This document shows, piece by piece, positions 32,666 through 41,701 of a stretch of 60,875 bases of DNA. Every line of letters begins with the position of its first letter. Positions within the stretch are counted from its first letter, which is position 1. The stretch lies in sequence record SRR20825006_330; one strand, given 5' to 3'. A program made the position numbers and the translations under genes. The notes under the pieces were generated by a model, which saw nothing but the letters and a program-made list of their open reading frames with translations, had not been told where the DNA came from and made no database searches.

Positions 32666-33595
32666 ATGGACCAAGCGCAGACCACTACATCCAGTCAAAA
32701 TGCCGATGTGCGCCACCTCACTTGTGGGGATGGCGCGCGGCAAATTGCTTATCGACTGCAGGGTGACTTTGATGATCCGCTGAAACTGCCGATCGTCTGT
32801 TTGGCTGGCTATCAACGCAATATGTCGGACTTTGACGCATTTGCCGAACGTTTTTCTAGCTTTGCCAAGCGCAACTGGCCCATCGTTCAGGTGGACCTGA
32901 TAGGGCGTGGCAAAGCCCGCAGAGAGCGGAAAGACCGCGTCTACTCAACCCTTCACGATGCAACAGATATGGCTGAATTTTGCCGCGCCATGGGCATTGA
33001 AAGTGCTATTTGGCTCGGGCAAGGCCATGGTGGCCAGGTGGTTATGGCGTTGGCGGCATTGCAACCGGGCATTATTTCGGGCGCTGTGCTTTGTGACGCT
33101 GGGCCAATCATCAATGCACGCGGCCTTGTGCGCTTGCGCAACAACCTTGCCTATCTCAGCAAGATTAGAGGCAAGAATGCCGTGCGCGATTCATTACGGC
33201 GCATTTTGCGGGTAGATTATCCCAATTTGGGCGATGGTCTTCTTGATCAAATTGGCGCGCGCACACATCAGGAAACAGCCAAGGCCCGTTTGGAACCGCA
33301 GTTTGATATGCGGCTCGCTGAACAGCTCAATGCATTTGATAATGACGATGTTTTGCAAGCCAACTGGCATTTATTTGATGCCTTGAACAAGACACCATTG
33401 CTTCTTTTGCGCACCCAACACACCGATTTACTTCGGGCAGAAGTGTTCCAAATGATGTGTAAGAAACGCCCTGATTGCCTTAATTATGAGATTATGGGCG
33501 AAGGCTCACCCGCACTCTTGGAAGGCGCCGACGAGCTAGGCGTGATTGCCGATTTTGTGTTGCACACGTGCAAATGGCACAAAAAACGCGGCTGA
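32666..33595 (+). CDS. Alpha/beta-hydrolase fold protein with degenerate catalytic motifs
   Basis: PIVCL, DLIGRG and LCDAGP fold motifs; the nucleophile elbow reads GQGHGG with no Ser. Confidence 0.8.
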   Translation: MDQAQTTTSSQNADVRHLTCGDGARQIAYRLQGDFDDPLKLPIVCLAGYQRNMSDFDAFAERFSSFAKRNWPIVQVDLIGRGKARRERKDRVYSTLHDATDMAEFCRAMGIESAIWLGQGHGGQVVMALAALQPGIISGAVLCDAGPIINARGLVRLRNNLAYLSKIRGKNAVRDSLRRILRVDYPNLGDGLLDQIGARTHQETAKARLEPQFDMRLAEQLNAFDNDDVLQANWHLFDALNKTPLLLLRTQHTDLLRAEVFQMMCKKRPDCLNYEIMGEGSPALLEGADELGVIADFVLHTCKWHKKRG

Positions 33596-33606
33596 GCGCC
33601 GCGTTT
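33584..33606. terminator. Stem-loop between convergent genes
   Basis: AAACGCGGC-TGAGC-GCCGCGTTT. Confidence 0.6.
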
Positions 33607-33631
33607 ATTTGTTCTTAGGCCTCCGCGAAAA

Positions 33632-34222
33632 CTACTTTTGCGCTTTCGCCAATGCCTTGGCCTGCTTGACCCATTCTTCGCGATCGATGCGGCCCTTGAA
33701 TGAAAGCTCGCCATCTACCCAATTCACATCTTTGCGCTTCCACGCAGCGATTTGATCATAATGGTAGATGCCCTTCTCGTTCAAAATCGTCTCAATTTTC
33801 GGGCCGATGCCTTTGATGTTTTTCAAATCATCTTTTTTGCCATCGCGTGGAGCGGACAAAAGCTCAGGCTTATCATCAGCAACAGTTTTAGCGGCCGCCG
33901 CAGGTTTGCGCGCAGCTGTTTTCTTTGCAGGCGCCTTCGCAGCAGGCTTTTTGGCAGCTGGCTTAGTCGTCGGTGCCGGTTTTGGCGCAGGCTTTGGCTT
34001 TTCAGTCACCGTTTCAGCAGACGCCGTTTTTGGTGCAGCAGCTGGTTTTTCTTCTTTCGGCGCAGTTTCGCTTCCTGTTGAGCGACTAGACGGCGTTACG
34101 TTTGGTGCCAACTCGGGTGCGGTGTCGTTGCTCATGGTCGCGCGACGCAGATAATAGCCAATCAGACAGCCCACCAAAAAGAAGGCCATCATTAGCAAAA
34201 CGATCTCAATCAAATGTGGCAT
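33632..34222 (-). CDS. Single-TM protein with Ala/Lys/Pro linker and C-terminal HhH-like (COG3743-type) domain
   Basis: N-terminal TM helix, AAKKPAA low-complexity linker and DDLKNIKGIGPK...QIAAW...GRIDREEWVKQA; GGAGAG RBS. Confidence 0.85.
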   Translation of the reverse strand: MPHLIEIVLLMMAFFLVGCLIGYYLRRATMSNDTAPELAPNVTPSSRSTGSETAPKEEKPAAAPKTASAETVTEKPKPAPKPAPTTKPAAKKPAAKAPAKKTAARKPAAAAKTVADDKPELLSAPRDGKKDDLKNIKGIGPKIETILNEKGIYHYDQIAAWKRKDVNWVDGELSFKGRIDREEWVKQAKALAKAQK

Positions 34223-34236
34223 GTTGCTCTCCCCGG

Positions 34237-34356
34237 CTATTCTTTGTTTTGCTCAACAGAAACGCTCATCCATCCGGTCAATAAGCCAATAACCAGCGCA
34301 AGGCTAAAATAAAGCCAATATTGTGAAATCAGAAATCCGATGGTTTGGAAAAACAT
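34237..34356 (-). CDS. 39-aa single-TM small protein (not in the ORF track)
   Basis: Hand translation MFFQTIGFLISQYWLYFSLALVIGLLTGWMSVSVEQNKE*; GGGAGG 5 nt before the ATG; fills the gap between two co-oriented genes. Confidence 0.8.
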   Translation of the reverse strand: MFFQTIGFLISQYWLYFSLALVIGLLTGWMSVSVEQNKE

Positions 34357-34380
34357 CCGATCCTCCCTTTTTTCTGCAAT

Positions 34381-37300
34381 CTACTCTAGCGGTGGCCGCA
34401 CTGTAAACACAATGCGACGATTCTGCGCTTTGCCCGCGCGCGTATCATTATCCGCGATCGGTAGAGTTTCGCCAAACCCTAAGGCGTATAGCCGATCGGC
34501 ATTTACACCCATTTCAACTAGCTCACTGACCACTGTTTCCGCGCGTTGCACAGAGAGTGACAGATTGATCAGATCATCGCCATCAGCATCTGTATGGCCT
34601 TCTACTTCCACAACTGAATTTGGACAATTGGCCAATTCTGCGGCGATTTTTTCCAAAACGCTACGCGACCCTGCTGTGATGCGGGCACTGCCGGATTCGA
34701 ACAAAATAGCTTGTTCGGCAATAACTTGCTCAACATTCACATTGCACAATTTGTGCGCCGGTGGCGTGTTGATGGTGATCTGCGCATTCGGCAATCTGCC
34801 AAGTGCGGCCAAAGCCTTGTCACGCGCATCAAAACTATCAACTTTGCCAACGACGCGCCATTCACCGTCGTTAAGGCTTGCCTCGCCGCTTTCCAGAGCA
34901 CCGAAAGCCTGTGTGATTGTCAAAGCTTGATCCAAAAACCGCTCTGGTGCACCTTCAGCTGTTGAGATGTCGTCAAGCACTGCACCTTCACCAGCGCTGA
35001 GTTCCAATGCGTAGCGCGCGGTTGCATCCGGTACATTGCCTGAAATCGTCAGTGGCGCGCCTGCTTCTTTGCTCAACAGGGTTGTGAAAGGCTCAGCACT
35101 TTCAACAACTTCCTCTACCTCAGGCTCACTTTCTGCAGGCATTGCTTCTTCATTTGTGTCAACAGCAGGCGTTTCTGCTTCAACTTCAGGCTCAACAACC
35201 TCTTCCGGTGCTGTCACCTCTTCAGCAGGTGCAGTTTCAGCATCGGTAGCTTCTTCAACAACAGGTGTGGTCTCTTCCTCCACTGGCGTTGTTTCGGATT
35301 CTTCAGCGTCTTGTTCCACAACCGGTTCAGCATCTTCCACAATAGGTTCTTGCGGCTGTTCGTTCTGTTCCGTTTCTTGCGGTTCTTCTGCTTCAACCTC
35401 AGCAAATTCCTGAGCGGCAGGTTCCTCCATTTCAGGCTCAGGCATTGCCGTCTCTGGCTCCGCGGGCACCGTCAATGTCGTGTAAAAACTACCAAGCGGC
35501 GCATTGCTCAGAATAAGTTTAACCGCCGACAACACAGCACGATCAGGCGCCTCGCCAGAAATGCTCCATTGCCCACCCGCATGGATGACTTCACCCGTAT
35601 TAAGCATGGACAATGCATCAATGCCCAAGGCAACCATTTGGTTGAACTCAGCGCGCTCCGGTAGGTTATTTTCAGTGCTCACGGGCAAGTCGCCGCTTTG
35701 ATCCCAATAGGTTTCATCGCTCAGATAGCCTGACCACTCGAACACCCCCTCCGCAGATTTTTTGATCTGCAAAGACAGTGCTTCCACTGGTGGCAAAATT
35801 TGAACATCAACAAGGAAAGCCTCGCTTTCCGGTGCCAATATCTCCACAATTTCAGCCAAATCATCGTCAGATGAGGCGCGGCCAATCAGCGCCCATTGGC
35901 CATCAACCAAGCTGAGACGACCAGCATCCAGCTTCTTCAGCGCCTCCAGCCCAATCGCTGCACGCGGCATAAATTGATCAGACGCACCTGCCCCAACTTG
36001 CAGTTGCGCGCGCCAACCGAAATCTTGTGCCCACTGGTCGATAATCTCTTGTGAAGGAGCAAAACCACTTGCGCTCAAATCGCCGTTCAACTGCTTCTCT
36101 GCCGAGAAGAGATAAGGAGAAATGGTTTGCGCTGGCGATGTGATCTCGATTATCCAATTCTCGCTGTTCAGGCCAGCTTCTTCAATTTGCGTCAACAAGC
36201 TTTGCTTCTTTTCAAAGCTTTCGGCAGTGCCTTCCAATGTCCATTTGTCACCATTCAGCTGCAATTTTCCCGTATCGAGACCAGAAAGCACAGAATTGCC
36301 CAAAGCAACGAACTCTTCAAATTGGCTCGGCGCACCGCGCGCTATTTCCAATTCTAACGTGCCCTGATCAGCCAAATTGATCAGCATCGCTTCACTTGGC
36401 ACAAAGCCTTCAAAAGACCGCGCCCCATCTGCTGTTTTGGTCACCGCAAAACGATATGGATCTTGCAATGGCGGCGGCAATTGAGCGACTTGCAGCCCCA
36501 ATTGCTCAGGTTGAATCTCTTCATTAGAAAAAAGCTGCAATATATTGTTTTTATTATAAAGGTCACGTGCAGTTACGTCAGTCGTCCAACCCAATTGATC
36601 GTGGATCGCCTGACCTGAATCCGCGATATTGATCGTTTTCGCAGCTAGGGTTGCCATTACGCCAAAATCTTCTGGCGCGCCAGCGGCCAACAATGTTGTG
36701 TCGTCAGCTTTGGTATCCAAAACCGCATAAATTGTCTGGCGCAACTGACTGTCTGGCAAATAACCTGCCATTTGCACTTTGCCACTGCCGGATTTATCAA
36801 GCGTCCAAATATATGGTTCCGCGACAGCCAAATCGAGATTAGACAAATCAATCGTCACGCCTGCAGGCGGTTGGGCGGCATGGGCCAATAATTCCATATA
36901 GGCTTCAGGTGTTTTCGCCTGCCCGATCACATTCACGACATTCCCCTGCAGCTCTAGCGCCCAGTTATCAGCCAAATGTGCCTGGCTATTGCCCATCCAA
37001 GCAGCAATTTCATCGAAATTCTCGGGTGCACCATTTGCTGCACGCGTTTCACCCAAATCAATTTTGGTGATGAGTTCGTCTGCCATCGCCGCAGGAATAT
37101 ATCCGTTTGCCTTAACTGCGTCAGAAGTTCCGGCAAGTGAAAATGTAAATGGCGCAACTGTTGGCAATGGTAGGTCGATATTCTTTTGATCACGAGATAC
37201 CGCATTCAGTGCAACATTCACCTGGTCATAGACATCAAAATTATCGGTGTGTCCGGCAAAGTTTAGCTCATCTTCGGTGAGTAAAAACTCACCTTGATTC

Positions 37301-38130
37301 AACAATGTAAGCTGTTGAATGAGCTGGTTTATGTCACGTTCAAAATTCTCCGGCGCGCCCGAAGCGATAAGCACATTTGAAATATCTGCACCCTGTTCTT
37401 TCAGGGCTGCACGCGTGTCACTGCTCGGCACAAATCCATCAAGCACAAGCCCATTCCCACCAACCGAAGCCTTCAGGGCAAAATCTTCTTCATATGGCGG
37501 TATGATTTCTGCAGTGCCTCGCTTCAAATTATCAGGGAAACCGGCATTTGCGATCAAATCAAGATCACGGAATGACTCATGATTTTTTGCGCGGCCTGCA
37601 AAAGATACCTTTAAGCCACGTGCACTGATCTCACCTTGATCAAAATGGTCAAATAAGCGCGTGCTATAATCAAGTAGTTCGCGCCAATCCTTCGCAGCAG
37701 GACCACCTGACGCAAGGGTAAACTCTGCTTGCACATTTTCCGGCAGTTGCGAAAGAAAGTTTTGCTGCACCTGAGCACTGGGCATATGCCCACTCAGTTT
37801 TACAGTACCATCCTCAATTTGCGCATTGAATTCAAAAGGATCAGCAAGTGGTGCAAGTTTTGCATTGTTCGAAATTGAGGCAATTTCTGGCATTGCGGAT
37901 AGGCCAGAAATCAGTTTTTCCAGTTCTGCCTTATCGGTCGTCACACCATTTAGCGTCAAATCGCGCGCTTCAATTGAAATGTCTGCCCAAGTTGCGACTG
38001 GCAATTGTGGGTTTTGTTGCAAGTGGGCCTTAATCGCCTGCTCCATATTATTCTGGTTTTGCGAAACCGCGAACATACCGCCGCCGAGCGCCACAACAGC
38101 GCCAACAACCAAAATATTAATCCACTTCAC
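34381..38130 (-). CDS. Large membrane-anchored protein with multiple BON-like repeats and a C-terminal OmpA-like peptidoglycan-binding domain
   Basis: N-terminal hydrophobic anchor (GTG start inferred), about eight 110-120 aa repeats, a Glu/Pro-rich linker and VEGHTD...NLSLSVQRA...GFGETLP...NRRI. Confidence 0.88.
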   Translation of the reverse strand: MKWINILVVGAVVALGGGMFAVSQNQNNMEQAIKAHLQQNPQLPVATWADISIEARDLTLNGVTTDKAELEKLISGLSAMPEIASISNNAKLAPLADPFEFNAQIEDGTVKLSGHMPSAQVQQNFLSQLPENVQAEFTLASGGPAAKDWRELLDYSTRLFDHFDQGEISARGLKVSFAGRAKNHESFRDLDLIANAGFPDNLKRGTAEIIPPYEEDFALKASVGGNGLVLDGFVPSSDTRAALKEQGADISNVLIASGAPENFERDINQLIQQLTLLNQGEFLLTEDELNFAGHTDNFDVYDQVNVALNAVSRDQKNIDLPLPTVAPFTFSLAGTSDAVKANGYIPAAMADELITKIDLGETRAANGAPENFDEIAAWMGNSQAHLADNWALELQGNVVNVIGQAKTPEAYMELLAHAAQPPAGVTIDLSNLDLAVAEPYIWTLDKSGSGKVQMAGYLPDSQLRQTIYAVLDTKADDTTLLAAGAPEDFGVMATLAAKTINIADSGQAIHDQLGWTTDVTARDLYNKNNILQLFSNEEIQPEQLGLQVAQLPPPLQDPYRFAVTKTADGARSFEGFVPSEAMLINLADQGTLELEIARGAPSQFEEFVALGNSVLSGLDTGKLQLNGDKWTLEGTAESFEKKQSLLTQIEEAGLNSENWIIEITSPAQTISPYLFSAEKQLNGDLSASGFAPSQEIIDQWAQDFGWRAQLQVGAGASDQFMPRAAIGLEALKKLDAGRLSLVDGQWALIGRASSDDDLAEIVEILAPESEAFLVDVQILPPVEALSLQIKKSAEGVFEWSGYLSDETYWDQSGDLPVSTENNLPERAEFNQMVALGIDALSMLNTGEVIHAGGQWSISGEAPDRAVLSAVKLILSNAPLGSFYTTLTVPAEPETAMPEPEMEEPAAQEFAEVEAEEPQETEQNEQPQEPIVEDAEPVVEQDAEESETTPVEEETTPVVEEATDAETAPAEEVTAPEEVVEPEVEAETPAVDTNEEAMPAESEPEVEEVVESAEPFTTLLSKEAGAPLTISGNVPDATARYALELSAGEGAVLDDISTAEGAPERFLDQALTITQAFGALESGEASLNDGEWRVVGKVDSFDARDKALAALGRLPNAQITINTPPAHKLCNVNVEQVIAEQAILFESGSARITAGSRSVLEKIAAELANCPNSVVEVEGHTDADGDDLINLSLSVQRAETVVSELVEMGVNADRLYALGFGETLPIADNDTRAGKAQNRRIVFTVRPPLE

Positions 38131-38278
38131 AGCATTTCCCCGCAACGTTTGGTCAAACCTCAACCATTGATCGGCAATGCCGAACAACGATCCCATCCGC
38201 GCAAAAGTGTAACGCTTCTAATTCAAATCACCAGACAAATTTCAATGATTTAACGGATTTATCGCAAAAATTTCGCAC

Positions 38279-38308
38279 AAAAAAAGGCCCGGCAATTTGC
38301 CGGGCCTT
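38279..38308 (-). terminator. Porin gene terminator
   Basis: AAGGCCCGGCA...TGCCGGGCCTT followed by a T tract on the minus strand. Confidence 0.85.
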
Positions 38309-38332
38309 CCATCTCGATAAAGTCTATAAGAC

Positions 38333-39493
38333 TTATTCGAAAGATTTTGAGAAAGAAGTAGAAACTTCAAACACTGAGTTGCTGTCGAACTGAACGCCAA
38401 CACCAGCTTCGAAATCGTTGCCACCAGGGGCCCAGTCAAGATCAGCATTGAATACTGTCAAGCTTGACTCGTCGAAGTTAACTTTAGCAGTCAAGTCGAG
38501 ATTATCAGAAACTGCGAACACACCTTGTGCAGCAATATCCCAATCATTGTTGTCATCCCAACGACCAGCTACAGCAACAGTAACAGCATCGTTAACCTCT
38601 GCCTCACCAGAAACAGCAGCTTCCCAAGCGTTGCCGTTGAAGAACTCAACACCAGCAGCCAAAGTGAACATATCAAATGTTGCTTTACCGGTTACCAAAG
38701 CTGCCCAGTTGCTTGACTCGTCTGTAGAGAAAGCAGCACGGAACGCCATGTCATCGATGTTAAATGTTGCGCCAGCGTGGAAGTCCCACAAGCTTGTGCC
38801 AGAAAGGATATCATCATAGATGAAACCGATGTGAGCAGTACCCCAATCTTGATCAACACCAAGACCAGCAACCAATGAAGCATTGTTGCTTGTCTCAAGG
38901 TTCTCAAGACCCAAAGCAACATCTACACCATTACCGAGGTCAGAAGTGATTTGCATCACGTGGCCACCAGTTGCGCCTGGAGTAGGAGCAAAGATGCCTT
39001 CATCGTCACCATCAATAACGTCAAGTGAGAACAAAGCTGTGTAAGTTTCGTCGTCGCCGTCTTTCAAAACTGAACCTTTCTGGCCAGCCATGATAACAGT
39101 CTGATCGCCGATTGCCACATAAGCTTCGTCGATATCAACGCCTGAAGATGTTGAAGTGCCGTCTTCGTCAATCAAAGTCACAACCGCTTTAGCTGGACCG
39201 AAGTCGCTAGGCGCTGTCGCTTCCATTGTGAATTCCCAACCAAATTCGCTGGTTGTGGCTTCGTCGCCAGGCTCACCGGTGATGCCGTTACCATTGTTGT
39301 CGTTGGTGTATGACCAATCGTAAGTAACTTCGCCAGAGAACTTCAAGCAGTTAGTTTCTGAAGAAACTGTCAAACCAGTGATTTCCAACATTGAACATGT
39401 GTCCAATGCAATGCCGATTGGATCAGCTGCCATTGCGCCTGAAGAAAGCGCTACCGCTGCTGCAGAACCGAGAAATAGGCTCTTAACTTTCAT
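38333..39493 (-). CDS. Alphaproteobacterial porin (Omp2/RopA-like family)
   Basis: Signal peptide MKVKSLFLGSAAA...AMA-AD, N-terminal Cys pair (C...NCLKFSG), alternating beta-strand pattern, C-terminal KSFE and GGAGGTCAG RBS; conserved position near slt-dapA. Confidence 0.88.
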   Translation of the reverse strand: MKVKSLFLGSAAAVALSSGAMAADPIGIALDTCSMLEITGLTVSSETNCLKFSGEVTYDWSYTNDNNGNGITGEPGDEATTSEFGWEFTMEATAPSDFGPAKAVVTLIDEDGTSTSSGVDIDEAYVAIGDQTVIMAGQKGSVLKDGDDETYTALFSLDVIDGDDEGIFAPTPGATGGHVMQITSDLGNGVDVALGLENLETSNNASLVAGLGVDQDWGTAHIGFIYDDILSGTSLWDFHAGATFNIDDMAFRAAFSTDESSNWAALVTGKATFDMFTLAAGVEFFNGNAWEAAVSGEAEVNDAVTVAVAGRWDDNNDWDIAAQGVFAVSDNLDLTAKVNFDESSLTVFNADLDWAPGGNDFEAGVGVQFDSNSVFEVSTSFSKSFE

Positions 39494-39994
39494 AGTACTG
39501 ACCTCCAAAATCAGTTTGTTTTTCATTTTGCCGGTTTTTCCGGCTGTTTGTCGAAACGCGACCACACTTATGAGGGTGTGTTTGACGTCGCATTCGCGAC
39601 CGACAAACGATTCCATGCATGGATTCGCAAGACACAAACTACCCATGAAAGGAAAACATACAAGTTAAGAATTCAAATTTTGGCGTGCGAAATGTCTGTT
39701 CTGCTGACCATGTTGCATTTTGGACACAATTTATGCACTGGACCGTCAAAATTAAGGCATATGCGGCATATTTTGCCACGCAATTTGCCCTATCTCCTTG
39801 ATAAATTTAATACTTCATTAACGCTTTTCTTCTGGTTCGTCGACTTATTTGTCGTCAATTCCAATTGTTCTTCTGAAGTATTTGCGCTGATTCAATTTCA
39901 TGACCCACCTAGCCAACACCAAAGGCGCGCTCAGGCAAGACGCTTGATCGTGTTGAAAATAGTGTACGACCAAACAAGCTGTTTGGGAGGAATT

Positions 39995-41581
39995 ATGGAC
40001 AGTTTTGACTATATTGTTGTTGGCGGCGGCTCTTCAGGTTGCGTGGTGGCGTCGCGCCTTTCTGAGAATCCTAAAAACAAAGTCTTGCTGATTGAGAGCG
40101 GACGGCAAGATAGATCGCCCTATATCAAGATGCCTGCGACCTTCTTTAAAGTAATCGAAAAAGGACGCGACATTGTCTCTTATATAGGGGAACCGTCAGA
40201 CCGGCTAAATGGCAGATCATCAGTAGTGATCCAAGGGCATGTGATTGGCGGCGGTTCTTCGGTCAATGCAATGCTATATATAAGGGGTCAAGCAGAAGAC
40301 TACGACAGCTGGGCACAGGCCGGCAATAAAGGCTGGTCATTCGACGACGTGCTTCCGGTATTTCGCGACATTGAAAACAATATGGAAATTTCGGATGAGA
40401 TGCATGGCACCAAGGGTGAATTGCATGTTTCCGAGACAGGCTATCATCACCCCCTCTCCCGCGCCTTTATTCGAGCTGCCCAACAAACTGGTGTGCCCTA
40501 TAATCCTGATTTTAACGGCAAGGTGCAGGAAGGCGTTGGCTTTTATCAAACAACAACCCACAATGGGCGGCGCTGGTCTGCTGCTGAAGCGTTTCTGCGC
40601 AAGGCTGAAAAACGACCAAACCTCAAGATCATGACGGAGACGCGCGTTGCCCGCATCTTGTTCGACAAGCAACGAGCGGTTGGTGTTGAACTTGAAAGCG
40701 GCGAAAAGATCACCGCCAGTGCCGAGATCATCTTGTGTGCTGGAGCGATTGAAACCCCGCGCCTGATGCAATTGTCTGGCTTGGGTGCAGCAAGTGAGCT
40801 CACGCAACATGGCATTGAGGTCGTAGCCGACCTGCCCGGCGTTGGAGAGAACTATCAGGATCACCTTGAAACAACAGTGCAAGGTGTTTCCAAAGCGCCG
40901 ATTTCGTTCTTTAAGCAAGATAAGGGATTCAACGCCATCAAACATATGGTACAATATTTGATGTTCCGCACGGGATTGCTGACATCCAATGTTGTGGAGT
41001 CTGGCGGATTTTTGGATGTGTCAAATGCGGGCATGCCAGATCTGCAATTCCACGTCTTACCATTTATGGTGGGCTGGGCAGACCGCGAGCCTATTCCTGA
41101 ACACGGCATTGCAATTGCACCTTGCTTTTTGCGCCCCAAGTCGCGCGGCTCGGTTAAGTTGCGTTCGAATAACCCAAAAGATAGCGCGCTATTTGATGCG
41201 GGTAGCTTTTCTGATGAGGCCGATTTGGAAGTTTTGGTGCGCGGCGTGAAAAAATCAATTGAGATTTTGGAAGCCCCAGCCCTAGCTGAATTGATTGACC
41301 GCCGCGCCTTGCCAAAACCCGGCATTGAGCAAGATGACGATGCGCTGCGCGATTATGTGCGGCAAACCGTGAAAACAGTTTTCCATCCCTCAGGCACTGC
41401 AAAAATGGGACCGGACCACGACAGAATGGCGGTTGTTGATGAGCGATTGCGGGTAAGAGGTGTGCAAGGACTGCGGGTCGCAGACGCTTCAATTATGCCA
41501 ACTTTGGTGTCTGGCAACACCAATGCGCCAGTCATGATGATTGCAGAACGTGCGGCACGCTTCATCAAAGCGAATACCTAA
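39995..41581 (+). CDS. GMC family FAD oxidoreductase
   Basis: DYIVVGGGSSG, GGGSSVNAM, GENYQDH, FHPSGT and GNTNAP motifs; GGGAGG RBS. Confidence 0.93.
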   Translation: MDSFDYIVVGGGSSGCVVASRLSENPKNKVLLIESGRQDRSPYIKMPATFFKVIEKGRDIVSYIGEPSDRLNGRSSVVIQGHVIGGGSSVNAMLYIRGQAEDYDSWAQAGNKGWSFDDVLPVFRDIENNMEISDEMHGTKGELHVSETGYHHPLSRAFIRAAQQTGVPYNPDFNGKVQEGVGFYQTTTHNGRRWSAAEAFLRKAEKRPNLKIMTETRVARILFDKQRAVGVELESGEKITASAEIILCAGAIETPRLMQLSGLGAASELTQHGIEVVADLPGVGENYQDHLETTVQGVSKAPISFFKQDKGFNAIKHMVQYLMFRTGLLTSNVVESGGFLDVSNAGMPDLQFHVLPFMVGWADREPIPEHGIAIAPCFLRPKSRGSVKLRSNNPKDSALFDAGSFSDEADLEVLVRGVKKSIEILEAPALAELIDRRALPKPGIEQDDDALRDYVRQTVKTVFHPSGTAKMGPDHDRMAVVDERLRVRGVQGLRVADASIMPTLVSGNTNAPVMMIAERAARFIKANT

Positions 41582-41701
41582 AGGTATAAAATTGGTCTTA
41601 AAGAGACTTGCTGTCTGGCTAGTGCATTGTCATAAATATAGGGTCGTGCAAATTCGCCTTGCGCCAGCGCGCAAGGCCTCCCCTAAATTTGGAGTGTCCC
41701 A

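Noticed and set aside
35090-35470. Repetitive DNA in the large OmpA-domain gene as a tandem repeat or CRISPR-like array
   Set aside because: It is a Glu/Pro/Thr/Val low-complexity linker with no constant-length repeat and spacer structure.
39548-39994. 149-aa N-terminal extension of the GMC ORF; similar over-long starts for the porin, slt, dapA, lepB and SBP3
   Set aside because: Family motifs and RBSs point to downstream starts, and the extensions run through promoter regions or neighbouring genes.
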